Positions 26,477 through 48,217 of a stretch of DNA of 64,000 nucleotides are shown in pieces. This DNA comes from Amoebidium appalachense (taxonomy: Eukaryota > Protista > Ichthyosporea): positions 7,144,713 to 7,208,712 of the forward strand of contig CAVNZM010000013.1 in assembly GCA_963693365.1 (NCBI GenBank). Reading direction: 5' to 3'. Under the pieces are notes generated by a model. It searched no databases. It was not told the origin of the DNA and saw only the letters and a list, made by a program, of their open reading frames with translations. Numbering within the stretch: the stretch's first letter is position 1; each line of letters begins with the position of its first letter. A program made the translations under genes and the position numbers.

Positions 26477-27456
26477 ATGTGATCCCCGTACTGGGACGGC
26501 TTTATTATATAGCCCCCAGCTTTCGGATCAAGGCCCAGGATTGGTTCATCCGCGGCCAGCGCGGGTGGCAACATGCCATTCGTGATTCTGGTGCGGTCCG
26601 AGCCAGTCAGACCTTTGTCCTATTTATGCAAACCTCTTATTGGTTCACTTCGTTTATGTGGTATGCAGCGGAAGAACCATATATGGTTCAATTCTTAGGT
26701 CAGAGTGAGTCCTATTGGTGCGGACATAATATTTATGTGATATTCATGACAAAGCACGAATCGTGTGCTAGTAGATCACATTCTTTAGTAAACATGTACA
26801 GTTCATGTGTACAGTTGTTTACATGGTCCACTGCAACCTATGGTAACTTCTACACGCTGTCTACGCTTCTACGCGACCTATTGGCGGTGGGCTGCTGCAA
26901 CTTCTTCAGCTACTTCTGCGCTGCGTGAGTGGAGGGGCGGCTACTTGGTCGTCGGGGAGCTTTCCAAGTGACTGCCAGTCCTTAGCCTCCAGTCGAATGG
27001 CAATGACCGGGTTTGCTTGCAAGCATTCTGTATTTGTGTTTTTCTGTCTGTCCTGCCACAACTAGGCCACCTTATCAGAGAGCTAGATGCAGTTTCTCCG
27101 GGTTATCTAGGGGCCGGGCCCGTTGGGAATGTTTTTTAGCTCAGATTTGGTCTGCATTGCTCTTTTACAGGCTGACTTGCTTGCTGTGCCTCGATAGATT
27201 TTGAGGGGGGCCTGTTGGGAAGCAGCAGTAATGATGTCTTCTTGCAGAGTGTGTTCTGGTCAACATCGATGCATATGACTAGTTGGAGCAAACTAGTTTC
27301 ACGCATACACGTACACTTAAGGTTTTGCCGGCTGGTGTCCTTTGTCACTTGTCGCTTTATTTTTATTTCGTAGCTTTGGCTTTTCAGTTTTTCAGTTCAG
27401 TTCTGGGCCTGAAACTAATTATTTACACACTTCTGTTAATTGATTTCACATGTACA

Positions 27457-27466
27457 GCGTAAACCC
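27457..27466 (+). mobile_element. 10-bp LINE-terminus micro-insertion with 8-bp TSD
   Basis: CATGTACA-GCGTAAACCC-CATGTACA (27449-27474). Confidence 0.5.
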
Positions 27467-27481
27467 CATGTACATATGTCA

Positions 27482-27598
27482 CTGGCATGTACATATGTCA
27501 CTGGCTGCATTTGATTGGCTGTGCTGGAAAACGCAGTAGGCCGTCGAATGTGGCTGGGCCTCCGGCAGTGTCCACGCAATAAAAAGTGTGTAAACCCC
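27482..27598 (+). repeat. Dispersed ~117-bp repeat ending GTGTAAACCCC (copy A)
   Basis: Near-identical to the reverse complement of 39726-39842. Confidence 0.85.
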
Positions 27599-28169
27599 AA
27601 ATCTCTCTCAGACTCTCTGTAAGAATATAAGTACAAGCCTCATGGCAATCTTTCGCCGGCGGCTCGTGGCTCTTGGCTCATGGCTTTTCGCCATATATAG
27701 GTAAGTCTGTTGATTGTTCATTCGCTCACACTCATTCACAACATTCCATAAATTAGATTGCCTTTCGCGTACAGGTACACGCGTATACATGTGTTCATTG
27801 TTTAAGACGTAATATGTTAGCAAATATGTTACACTAATAACGGGAATAAACCTTCGTAATCTTTTACATGCCTCTGGTAAGATAGATGGCTCATGGGAGC
27901 TTCCCATGGTCTCCAGACACGTGGTTATAAGACATGATCAGAGTACATTGCACGGACATACGGCCGTGTTTATTTCAACTTATTGATCCAGGATCTGGCC
28001 AATCAAATCAGTGTACAAGGATGCCTTCCTTTCGGCACCTCCCGCCCCGTTCAAATCCCCCGTCCCCCCCCCCCCCCCCTCCCCCTCCCTCTCAGTCACC
28101 CTGCTCATTTACGCAAAAAATCATTACTGTATATATGATATTAATGCACGTGCACACATTCACACACGC

Positions 28170-28205
<36 letters not shown>

Positions 28206-28692
28206 CGGCCAACTATGTTTAGATTTATGAATAATTAGAGTTGAAGGTTATCGTGCTGATCACGCATTGTTCGGTGCGTATCTGTGTATCGAGGAGTGGT
28301 GTGGGTTTGTGTATCTGCATGTTGATGGGTTATCGGGTGCTCATCGCTGGTCAAAGTTTGTGCACCTCGTGTGTATGTGTGGTACATACGTGTGCAGGTA
28401 CGTGTGAATTGAATACGTGTGAAATGTGTTCGTGTGTATGCGCGCGGTGGGGAGACTGGAGGTGAGTGCGAGAGGGGCCTGGGGGGGGGGGGGGGGGGGG
28501 GGAGGGGGGGGGGGAGGGGGGGAGGGGGGGGGGGGGGGCGGGATGACCATACGGCATATAACCTGAGCTTCAGGTGATCAAGGACTCCTATATAATTAAT
28601 GTTAGTTAGATTATGTATGCAAACGGCTGCTAAATCATAGTACTGTTGTAGGATCAGATTATCTGATATATGTGGTCATGTGATGGCAGCCT

Positions 28693-28726
<34 letters not shown>

Positions 28727-29885
28727 GCCAGAATATACAACAATAGTGCACGAGTTGGCATATGCATTTCGCACGCACGTGCACAGCACGATTCTTCATT
28801 AGTTGCACATCTTTGGTTTACACAGGTTGCACGAGCACATAGTATACATAGGTAGGTACGATCGTTTATTTGTGCTTTATCTCCCTTTATTTCATAAGCA
28901 TGTCCGGCATGCTCTTGTTTGCCCTCTGTTATTCATTAGGCACGTGTGGTCTTCGTAGTTTGTTTAGCTATTGGCGATAGCGAGAGGAAAGCACGCATCC
29001 GACGATTGTTGTGCATGCTTTTCATGTTTTCTGTGTAGTCGGGTGTTTTGTCTGCGGTTGGACCGTATGAGGGGAATGCAGTTTGATTTCCGTTCATGTA
29101 CGTGTCGTTATATGATTGGTCAGATTTATAGCATTCATAGTATTTGCCAATCAGATGAGCAAATACCTTTGGATAGATCTGTATTCATAGAATCTGCCTG
29201 CGGCAGATAAATGGGTGAGAATCGAGCATAATAAATTAGACGTAGATTGACAGAGCATGCAACTTTGTTTCTACCTCTCCACACTACCCTCTCTGTTAGT
29301 GCTGTGGCATCGTGCATTGCCCAGCACCACTCTGCACGTGTTTATGTCTGTTAGTTTAGTGGCCTGATCACCCACGTATACTCTCATTCATATTGCCGCA
29401 TGTGTGCCCAGGTACGTGTTAGTTGTAGTGTGTACACTCTGCTAGTCAGGCGAGAATAGTAGGGACTTTTGCTGTAAGTCAGCACTTTTCTTGCAGTTAC
29501 CACCTACTCAGGTGGATTCTCCCCCCGCCAAACCCCACCCTCCGTCATTCCCAGCTCCGCACCTCTTCATTCTAGGGAACATGTGGAGTTCTACTCTACT
29601 CTACTCTTATTGGAAGCTTTCGTCAGGATACTAGCCGTTTATCCCTGAAAATCATGCATTCAACTTCTAGGATTCCTCACGGAGCACTCCGACTTACTAT
29701 GTGCGGCACATTATATCTGGTGCATAGCTGCAAATTGTGCACTATATATAACCGACATACCTGTGTATGGATGACGTGTGTGCCTCGGAGATGAATGCCG
29801 GTTGTGAATGTGTGCACGCATGCATACATGTGTACGTGCCACACACACACATACACACATACGATTGAAGTTTTTCTCGTCACTT

Positions 29886-29916
<31 letters not shown>

Positions 29917-30070
29917 ACTTGAATATTTTTTGCATTCCCAACTGATCAATGTGCTCGGGATGAACGTACACTTGTAAATGTGACTCCCACACAGTTATAC
30001 ATGCCTCATCGTACACAGTGCAGATTTTCCGCGTGTGTGTGTGTGTGTGGGCAAAGGTTTTTCCTCTTTT

Positions 30071-30108
<38 letters not shown>

Positions 30109-30120
30109 CCCCCCTCCCCC

Positions 30121-30152
<32 letters not shown>

Positions 30153-30418
30153 ACACACACACACCACCCTTCCGGGTTGCTAGTAGCTGCACTGCATTGC
30201 AGGCGTTCACAGCTACACACATGTGCGGTGTGTGTATACTGAGGATTGGTCAGGAGAAGAGTGGATTAGCTTTATTTGGTAACTGGATCGACCTTCCAAA
30301 AACGGTGCGCAATCTCCAGGGGAATGTCAAAATTATTTGCATTTCTCTCTTTTCCAGCTCTGTCCACATAACATACATTAATAGAATATCTATACACAGT
30401 TAACAGCCATACGTATAT

Positions 30419-30444
30419 TTTGCCTCGAGTAAACAGCGTAAACC
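30419..30444 (+). mobile_element. 26-bp LINE-terminus micro-insertion with 12-bp TSD
   Basis: CCATACGTATAT (30407-30418) + TTTGCCTCGAGTAAACAGCGTAAACC + CCATACGTATAT (30445-30456). Confidence 0.85.
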
Positions 30445-31196
30445 CCATACGTATATACAACCACTATGCAAACCAAATGATACTGTTTTTAAAATGAAGT
30501 TTAATGCTTTCCACCAATGTTTGCTCTTTCATTGTCCTCTTCACGGTGAGCTTTTTTACACATATGTTATATATACCATTGTTGGTGTGATCTAATTAGG
30601 CTAAAGCTGAAGCCGTAACAAAACAAGGGGCCCCATAAATTGCACATCCTATCCACCATGCCTTTGCATACCCAAATATAAATATGATACAATTTTGGTA
30701 TCTACAATCGGCTTTGAGTTGTGTGTTCAGTCGACATACTATAGACCTCGTGGGAATCTCCAAATGGCAACACTATTATAAGACCATCAAATTAAACATA
30801 ACCGTACATTCACACCGGCAAACACATATAAATACTATTTGATGCATACACATTTCGAAGCACCAGGAAATACGTGACCCACGTACGGTAATACATCCAG
30901 CCAACAACCCACTCGTTGCACACGTGTGGCATTCATCTCCCCCCCCCTCCCCCCCCTCCCCCCTCCCCCCCTCTTCCCCCCCCCCTCCCCCCCCACCTTT
31001 CTGAAACCCCCTCCTCCCCCTGCCCTCCCCTTCAAACCCCCCCCCCATCCCCCCCGGCCGCCGTCCCTTTTTCTGAAACATCCCTCCCCCCTGCCGCTCT
31101 CCCTGAACCCCACTCCCCCCCTTTCCCTCCCTACCACCACACCACTTACACAAATAAACCTATACCAAGCATAGCTACTATAAAACAACACCGACA

Positions 31197-39250
<8,054 letters not shown>

Positions 39251-39725
39251 CTGTAGATGAGAAAAATCATCTCAACCTAGAGCCGGGCAGAGTTCTTCCA
39301 CGACAGACCCTCTGCCTAATTTACTGCCACGAGAGTTTACTCCTCCCTTTCTGTTCTTGACCTTTCTACACAATCCACGGCTACCTGGTGTAGGAAAGCT
39401 AATTCACAAATCTAACCCATCTGATGTTCTCTGTAGTGTGAAGTGTGAAAGAAAACGCCTTCCTTCTCACACTGATAGATCTTACCATGGCTTTCGAAGT
39501 TAGCCTACACACTATTTCAAGATTCCCAAACCTCAGAAACCCGTCATTCCTCACGGTAAAAGAAAAAAACTTGAACTACACACCACTCTATGAGACTACT
39601 CCTATGAGACTATTCACCCATGCAATAGTGAATCCTGCCGGGATCCCTTGGAATTGACGTCCTGCGAGAAGCAAACTTTTTTCTTTACGGTGTGAGAATC
39701 TGCAAGTTGGGGCGGGTGACGAAAG

Positions 39726-39842
39726 GGGGTTTACACACTTTTTATTGCGTGGACATTGCCGGAGGCCCAGCCACATTCGACGGCCTACTGCGTTTTCCAG
39801 CACAGCCAATCAAATGCGGCCAGTGACATATGTACATGCCAG
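39726..39842 (-). repeat. Dispersed ~117-bp repeat ending GTGTAAACCCC (copy B)
   Basis: Reverse complement of 27482-27598. Confidence 0.85.
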
Positions 39843-40532
39843 GCAACAATGAGCGCCATCGTAGTATCTGACACCCCTATTACATATTATGGGTAAGCAG
39901 AGGCTATAGCATCGGTAGCTCCGAAAGAAAGTTAAGGGACCGGATCACGATGACGAAATTTCTCCAGCTGATGCTTAGTCAGCCAATCAAAAAAAGAACA
40001 ATATATCGATTATCAAGAGTGTAAAGATCGCCAACAGCTTTTGCATGATACTAAACCAATTGTTTGGCGCTTCGCCATCTGCCTGGTCACCCAAAACTTC
40101 ACTTGTGAGGCATGTAGAGTATCTGTACGTCGCATGTGAGTATATTGAATGCAGCTACGCCAGAGAAAACTTTTTTAGTTGTTATTTTGATTTTCTATTC
40201 TATACAGGTATAGGGCAACATGCAGTCCTGTGTTTGTGGCTGCCACGGAATATGATGTCGTCTGGCCTCCCTAAACAAGAAGCCCAAACGCAGTAAGTTA
40301 GGCAGCCAATCACATGATGTTCGTTTGGGATGACGGAAGTCAGGCTAAGTCAGGCAGGACTCAGAACTTCAGAAGCATCATTCAAGTATGGGGAAAATAC
40401 GCTTTGTTACAGCTGCAGTGTAGTGTAATTGGAATGAAAAAAGATAAAAGAGTTAATTATAATGATGGACAATTTCTCGATGAAAAGCATGGAGCCCTCA
40501 GAGTGACAAGGACACGCTAATCAAAATAATCA

Positions 40533-41030
40533 GGAGTCATGGGGCGAGTGGCCGAGCGAAACCGAAGTTATTTCGGCGAGCCGTCGGTTATTTTGGCGAG
40601 CCGATAGGCGAGCCAAAATAATCGTCAAGGCGAGCCGAAATAACGAGGTCGAGCGAGGACACGAGCCGACATGATCCGGTTACGATATGACCCATAAAGA
40701 TTTAGCATTCACTTTATTGATACATTATGCAAACTTTAACTCGGTTATTTGATTCATATATCATTACATTCACATTTCAGGCTCATTTTCCTAGTGATCG
40801 CTTTGATTGGCTAGCAGCGCACTCACCCATTAACCCGGTTATTCGATTCCTCTAACCCAATAGAAATGTCCATAGCCTGGTTATTTCGGTGAGTGCGCTC
40901 TAGGCCAATCACGGCAAGACTAACTGAAGTTAAAGGTCGTGTCGTCATCCAATCAGATCACACCCCGACGCTCGGAATATCGTAACCGGCCATCGCATCG
41001 ATATCGCGATCGGTGTCCGCGGCGCGATGC
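40533..41030. mobile_element. Non-coding element built of nested inverted repeats (probable non-autonomous DNA transposon)
   Basis: A long hairpin at 40533-40677 with repeated GCGAGCC motifs, a perfect 13-bp IR (40676-40688 / 40977-40989), and an inner ~24-bp IR (40804-40827 / 40887-40910). Confidence 0.5.
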
Positions 41031-41196
41031 ATCCCTTGGCGAACTGAGTTGCCGGGGCGCCAATGTGCATGCATGCACATATGGCACGTGTGAACACCAT
41101 TACCTACATGAAAAACTCTCAGGCGGGCCGCGGAAAAAAAAAAACAAAGAACAAAATTTCAAACGAAGCGGCTGTGCATGCATATGCCTGCCCACA

Positions 41197-43875
41197 TCCC
41201 TCAAATATCCCATGCCCACAACACCGACTGGGGAGTGGCCTTTTGGCCATCAACCATGTCAAAACTCTCTCTCCCTCCTAACCTCTCTAGGTCATCTGAC
41301 CACTCTCCTATCCTTTTCCTACCTAAGATCTCCCTTGATCTGCTCCCCCCTCCCCCTCCCACCTTTCGCCTCCGTCTATCCCAGCTTAAGTCACAGTGGG
41401 GTAGAGTTGATGTATGTGTATGCTATGCTACGAAACACCCTATATATATGCGCCTATTAGAATCTGCACAAGCCAGGCCAGATTCACATCTCGTACTAGA
41501 TACATGCACTAACTTTATTGTTGATGATTTGATAGATCTCGGTGATTATGCTGGCGGTGGTAGGAAGGAATATCCCGATGCTCTCTTGTTACCAAACACC
41601 ACTCCCGCTAGACTAGGTGAACCCCTGTCTCAAAAGGAAAGCCTGCGCCGGCTTGCTAGTATGAATCGATTTGGCCCCCCTGCTCGTATTATTGGTGATA
41701 CCACTGGAGACCCCCTCATAGACTCTGATAAGTATTTCTCGGAACTGTTTAAAGATAGGACCCCCGCTCAGAAACCTATTGTGTGGCCTGTAGACCCATC
41801 TATCCCCATAGAATCGATCCTCCCCTTTTTCAGTCCCGATGCCATATGGTCTGTGATATCTAGTTATAGCTCTAGTAAGTCTTGTGGACCTGATGGACTC
41901 CCTGCTGGGTTTCTTAAAATCCTTGTTCCCTCCTACCCACAAAAGGAAAGTGATCGTGCTATTAAACCTGATCTTACTATCATGTTAAGCTCTCTCTTTT
42001 CTTGGTGTGTTAAATGTGGACATGTCCCGTCATCTTGGTTAGATACCTTAGTGATCCCCATAGTTAAGAAGGACTCTGAGGGCCCCATATCATCCTTTCG
42101 CCCCATTACACTAACCCAGGTTGTTCGTAGATTCTTTGAAGCTTGCTTACTTAGGTTATTTGCACATCACCCTAGGTTTCAATCTATTCTTCACATACAC
42201 CCATGCCAATCCGCTTTTCGTAAAAACAATTCATGTTATGTTCAAATAATGGCACTGCACGATTCTATGCAAGTTGGTGCACAATATGTTGGCTTTATTG
42301 ATTGGAAAACTGCTTACGATTCTGTCTCCCCTGGTCTCCTATGGGAAAAGCTTGCTGCACGGGGTGTACCACACTGCATTGGTGTTCTGTTAGAAGCACT
42401 CTTGTCTCAAACCTATGGTAGAGCTGTGGTTAATGGGCATCTTTCATATGGTTTTGCTCGTACTAGAGGTCTCTTGCAGGGTTCATTGCTTAGCCCCTTT
42501 TTGTTTAACCTATTTATAGATGATTTGGCTGTCAAGATTTACGCCGAAAACGATGACCCTATTAATAACTTTCCGCCTGCACTTCTCTATGCTGATGATC
42601 TGTCCCTCCTTGCCCGTACCCCTAGACGCCTGCAAAGATTGTTCGATGTAGTGTCAGAGTGGTGCAAGGCAAACCTTATGATCCTTAACATAGACAAATG
42701 TGGTGTTCTTGTACCTGATATAGCTAACAATTTACACACATTTACATTATCATCTAAACCTGTACCTATAGTTCCAGAATACAAATATCTTGGTGTTCCG
42801 GTTGATTCTGTTGGTGTTATGTTTCCCCATATGGTCGAAAAGAGGGTAGAGTTGGCTCGTAAGCGGTTAGCTTTCTTCTCGGCTAATATTTTTAAAGACA
42901 CACCCCTCCATCCTTCTATTAGACTTACATTTATTCGCACTTTTGTCTTCCCGGCATGTGAATATGGTTTACCCCTTCTCGCCGCTTGGATCAAGAAAGA
43001 GAGAACTAGAGCGCTTAAACCCTTGGCAAATTTCCTTGAAGCAGAAGTTGCCTCCTTTCTATCTAACAACTGTTGTAAACCTGGGCCTGTAACGCTCTCG
43101 ATATATGGTCTGGTCCCAATAGCTGCTAGAGTATCCTATCTCGCGCTGAAATTCAATAAGCACATAAGCCGCTTAAAGAAGTATTTGCCCTCCCACCCTC
43201 TCTTCTCTATCCGACCTGTCCCCTCCTCACCTCTCCCCTCTTTCCTCCCCTCTCTCTCCCCTTCTCCCCTGGGCACAAATACAAATAAACCCCGCAATAG
43301 TGTGTGTGTGACTTTGGACTGCCACTTACTTATTAAACATGTACACAATCACAAGATAATCACGCAATATAACAAATGGAAAAAGATACCACACGACACT
43401 AGACCCGATGAAAGCATACACCTTGAAAAACTAAGCCTTATGTCTCGTTTTATATATACTGACCGCCTCAACCATATTGCCAAATATGGCACTCGCAAGT
43501 GTATAACACCTAAATACATATTACCTTCCTGTAGAACTGGTCTTTCTCTAGCTGATGGTATTATTGATCAATTACCACGCTTTTACTGTACACGTGCTAT
43601 ACAGTGGAGATCTAATAAGTATAAGGTGGCATCATTTGCATGCCCAAACAACACACACACACACCAGTTTAACCGGTCATGTATCGCCAAATGTAGTTTG
43701 ATAGACCACATAATACCGCAACACACACACGTCACATTCACAACAGACACCCAGAAAGATAGCCTACCTGTAAATTACAACATCCTTGATTTTATACTAA
43801 ACACGCGTAACTACGACCTGTTTATTAGATGTATTGATTGGCTTGAGAAACACATCACTACAAAATTATAGCACA

Positions 43876-43950
<75 letters not shown>

Positions 43951-43982
43951 CCAGCTGATACCGAGTGTCCCGAGGGGAGCCC

Positions 43983-44023
<41 letters not shown>

Positions 44024-44219
44024 GGGGAACCCCAACTAATTGATTTCTCCTTGTAGTCTTTATGGTGTCTCGTAAGAGAAAGTAAACCCTGATATATAGT
44101 CACCACCCGACATCTATGTACGTGATCATGATATACCGCTGAGGGGATATTCCGAGCAAACCCCCCCCCCCCATACCTGAGACTGGTTCTCTTTGCCTCG
44201 AGTAAACAGCGTAAACCCC
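41197..44219 (+). mobile_element. Non-LTR retrotransposon copy 2, 5'-truncated within the endonuclease
   Basis: Nearly identical to copy 1 from TCCCTCAAATATCCC onward, with the same 3' UTR, ending GCGTAAACCCC. Confidence 0.93.
41198..43871 (+). CDS. LINE RT ORF, N-terminally truncated and otherwise uninterrupted
   Basis: The 897-aa ORF (41178-43871) has all RT motifs and an intact C-terminus. Its first ~7 codons come from flanking DNA. Confidence 0.9.
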
Positions 44220-44457
44220 ACGAACATATGATGCGCAAAACTTTGAATGTGCAATGATGATCGATCGATCGCCGAAATTCAATCGAGAAGAATTTTACGA
44301 GAAGTAGATTTGGTTTGCCCCTCGAGAAAGAAGGCCATTCAATTTTCGACTCTCAGAGTTTAGTACAATAGTAAGTAGCTCGCCAAGACCCTACATTCAC
44401 AGTACTGCAGCTGGCCCATCCACACAGACCTGAAACACATGTACAGCACAAGCCCCG

Positions 44458-46689
44458 AGCCCCTTTTTGTTTGCTTAGCCCCTTTTTGTTTGCTTAACCC
44501 CTTTTTGTTTAATAATCTATTTATAGATGATTTGGCTGTCAAGATTTATGCAGAAAATGATGACCCTATTAATAACTTTCCGCCTGCACTTCTCTATGCT
44601 GATGATCTGCCCTTGCCCGTACCCCTAGACGTGACGCCTGCAAAGATTGTTCGATGTAGTGTCAGAGTGGTGCAAGGCAAACCTTATGATCCTTAACATA
44701 GATCTACAAATGTGGTGTTCTTGTACCTGATATAGATAATAATTTACACCCATTTACATTATCATCTAAACCTGTACCTATCGTTCCAAAATACAAACAT
44801 CTTGGTGTTCCGGTTAATTCTGTTGGTGTTATGTTTTCCCATATGCATATGGTCGAAAAGAGGGTAGAGCTGGCTCGTAAGCGGTTAGCTTTCTTCTCGG
44901 CTAATATTTTTAAAGACACTGTTGGAGTACACTGGTACTCCCGGCTAGCAATGTCTGTTAGAGAAAGTTTCTGAGCAATTGAATAATTGTTTCAACACTC
45001 ACTCAAGTGCATAGAGCTTTTGTTTACGGTCATATTCATATATGGTAGTTATATGTTTGAGCCAAAACTGTACCAATGACGAGCTTCACTAGCAACGTGC
45101 TAATTGTGCTCATTAATTAACATTCCCGGTTCAGATGATGTCATGTCTATATTTGCCACAGGATTCTATTCTTAGAGTGGTAGTGTGCTTTATTCCCGGA
45201 TATTCTCAGAATATTTTTAGTTGTGTGAAGTAAGATTTACGTTTAACTGCAATTGGTGTGTTAAACACGTTTATTTGTGTGCTTTAGTGCAAGTTAACTA
45301 GCCACTCAACGTGCACAGTTAACTTTTATATCTTTAACGACTTGTTTTCATTGTGCTCTCTTTTCGGCCATGCTGTACATGGCCCACCACCAGGGTGCAC
45401 ACGAGGCCACCATGAGGTGGCCAACGACTATATAAAGCAGTGCCTCCCATGTCACAAAGATGGGAAGCAGAACGTTTGATTTACACTTTTCTACTGTCGT
45501 TTTCAGTGCACTGGCAAAACACATAGACTAGTTACCCATCATACACGACACTATGTCTGACAACTTACAGTTGCAGCAACTAGTCCAACTACTGGAGCAG
45601 AGGTTGGCCCCACAAGATGCAATCATTTCTGACTTACAGAAGGAACAACGTGCACTAGAACTAGCTTCTATGAACACAATGTCCAACAGACACACCCCTC
45701 CATCCTTCTATTAGACTTACATTTATTCGCAGTTTTGTCTTCCCGGCATGTGAATATGGTTTCCCCCTTTTCGCCGCTTGGATCAAGAAAGAGAGAACTA
45801 GAGCGCTTAAACCCTTGGCAAATATGAAGCAGAAGTTGCCTCCTTTCTATCTAACAACTGTTGTAAACCTGGGACTGTAATTGCTCTCGATATCATAGTA
45901 TGGTCTGGTCCTAATAAGTGCTAGAGTATATCCCATCTCGCGCTGGAAGTTCAATAAGCACATAAGCCACTTAAAGAAGTATTTGCCCTCCCACCCTCTC
46001 TTCTCTATCCGACCTGTCCCCTCCTCATGATCACCTCTCCCCTCTTTCGTTCCCTCTCTCTCTCCTTTTCCCCCGGGCACAAATACAAATAAACCGCAAA
46101 AGTGTGCGTGTGACTTTGGGCTGCCACTTACTTATTAGACATGTACACAATCACAAGATAATTACGCAATATAACAAATGGAAAAAGATACCAGACGACA
46201 CCAGACCCGATGAAAGCATACACCTTGAAAAACTAAGCCTTATGTCTCGTTTTATATATAATGACCGCCTTAACCATATTGCCAAATATGGCACTCGCAA
46301 ATGCGTAACACCTAAATACATATTACCTTCCTGTAGAATTGGTCTTTCTCTAGCTGATGGTATTATTGATCACATACCACGCTTTTACTGTACATGTGCT
46401 ATACAGTGGAGATCTAATAAGTATAAGGTGGCATCGTTTGCATGCCCAAACAACACACACACACACCAGTTTAAACGGTCATGTATTGCCAAATGTAGTT
46501 TGATAGCCCACATAATACCGCAACGCACACACGTCACATTCACAACAGACACCCAGAAAGATTGCCTACCTAAAAATTACAACATCCTTGATTTTATACT
46601 TAACACGCGAAACTACGACCTGTTTATTAGATGTATTGATTGGCTTGAGAAACTAAGTTACAAATTTCTAGCACACACACACACGCGCG

Positions 46690-46754
<65 letters not shown>

Positions 46755-47033
46755 CCAGCTGATACCGAGTGTCCCAGGGGAGCCCAAAAAAAAACAAAAA
46801 AAAAAAAAAACAAAAAAAAAACGGGGAACCCCAACTAATTGATTTTTCTTAGTCTCTATGGTGTCTCGTAGAGAAAGTAAACCCTGATATATAATCATCA
46901 CCCTACAGCTATGTACGTGATCATGGTATACCGCTGAGGGGATATTCCGAGCAAAACCCCCCCATACCTGAGACTGGTCTCTCTTTGTCTCGAGTAAACA
47001 GCGTAACCCCCCCCCCCCCCCCCCCCCCCCCCC
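44458..47033 (+). pseudogene. Degenerate 5'-truncated LINE copy 3, interrupted by a solo LTR
   Basis: Homologous to copies 1 and 2 from LLSPFLFN onward with many indels and stops. Same 3' UTR, ending GCGTAA followed by a 27-nt C run. Confidence 0.9.
44920..45688 (+). mobile_element. Solo LTR (769 bp), probably Ty1/copia-type
   Basis: TGTTGGA...TCCAACA termini and a 5-bp TSD GACAC (44915-44919, 45689-45693) that splits the LINE sequence. TATATAAA at about 45429. Confidence 0.88.
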
Positions 47034-48080
47034 ATGTGTACTACCCTACAATATATCTTTTTTATTAAGTGGTGCGTATTTCACCAATCAGGATATACTG
47101 TTTCACAGTCTCTGTCTACTTCAAATTCTCAGTCCGACTCCTTGAATAGTGAATTTCCTAAATTTCTCCTTGTCACGCCTTGTAATGTAGATTCTGTAGA
47201 ATGTAGATTGTAAGAACCATTACATATAACTTTTAATTTACTTGTTTTTACAATAACAGAATTGTGTTTCAGAAACCAAAATGCATATATTTTCTAAATC
47301 ACTTGCCTTTTTTGGTGATTATTGCTAATTCATTGGTTTTCAAAAGTTTAGAAAGTTGATGATGCCCTATTTAAGCCCCGGCCTTATCAGCATCATGGGC
47401 GAATTCCGGAGTAAAACCTGTTTTGCCCGGGCATGAAGCCTGCAAAAGTCTTCAGATCCACTTGGCACTGACACTCACCATACGCAGGGCCCTGTACTGA
47501 AACCGTGTAACAGACTATTTAAATGATTGTACGATTTTTCACGTGAAATGTGCGTAAAGAAGTTTTTTGTTTGCTTCATTTTCAACGGTTGTGGATTCCT
47601 GAATCCTGGTGCGTCCCATGGCTGGCGGTGCTGAGTCACTGGACTCAACGATTGGGTTAAACAGCATCCTGACGCCATTTGAGGCAAGGTTGAAGGGACG
47701 GGTTTTTAGCATGAATGATGTGTATCCAATCACATCGCGAGATGCAAACGGCTGGCTTTTTTAGCTAGGTGGAGGGGTTTGCACATTGCAGCCGTCGGAG
47801 AAGAACGGCTTAATCCGCATCATGTAGTATAGTAATAATATAAGCCTGCATGTATATTTTTAGTTATTCCCCCCAAAAAAAACCAAAAAAAAAGAAAACC
47901 TTTCGTTTCTTTGATTTTAATTATCTAACTTAGTTTTGTAGCGGCGCTTCTTTCTACTGGCAAATGCTCCCGTCCCGTTGACGTCACCTTGGCTCATTGC
48001 AAGCGAAAAACCCAATGAAAACGTGCTACAAATTACATCACTGTGCCGTCAAAGTACGCGACCCTGATGATCTGGGCGAC

Positions 48081-48090
48081 TATAAAAAAA
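48081..48090 (+). promoter_or_regulatory. Putative TATA box (CCAAT at about 48012)
   Basis: TATAAAA about 135 bp upstream of the ATG at 48218. Confidence 0.4.
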
Positions 48091-48217
48091 TCAAGCGGTG
48101 CACTTCAGGATCAGTCTGAAACCATAACCACTTCCCTGTGTATCATAGTATATTGATTATTGAATTCGAAAGGAAACTAGCGAAACATAACGTGAAAGGA
48201 AGGAACATTATACTAAA

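Noticed and set aside
26487-27400. Possible LINE ORF1 or long 5' UTR upstream of copy 1
   Set aside because: It lies outside the 10-bp TSD at 26477-26486, and no long ORF or gag-like motif is visible.
41191-41195. CCCAC as TSD of LINE copy 2
   Set aside because: Only 5 bp, overlapping the terminal C run and separated from the 5' junction by an extra base, so chance cannot be excluded.
44212-44218. TAAACCC at the LINE end as a telomere repeat
   Set aside because: Only one unit with a variable C run, and no tandem telomeric array in the window.
47680-47765. Hairpin plus T run resembling a Pol III or sno RNA
   Set aside because: No tRNA cloverleaf, complete C/D box pair or recognisable snRNA motif.
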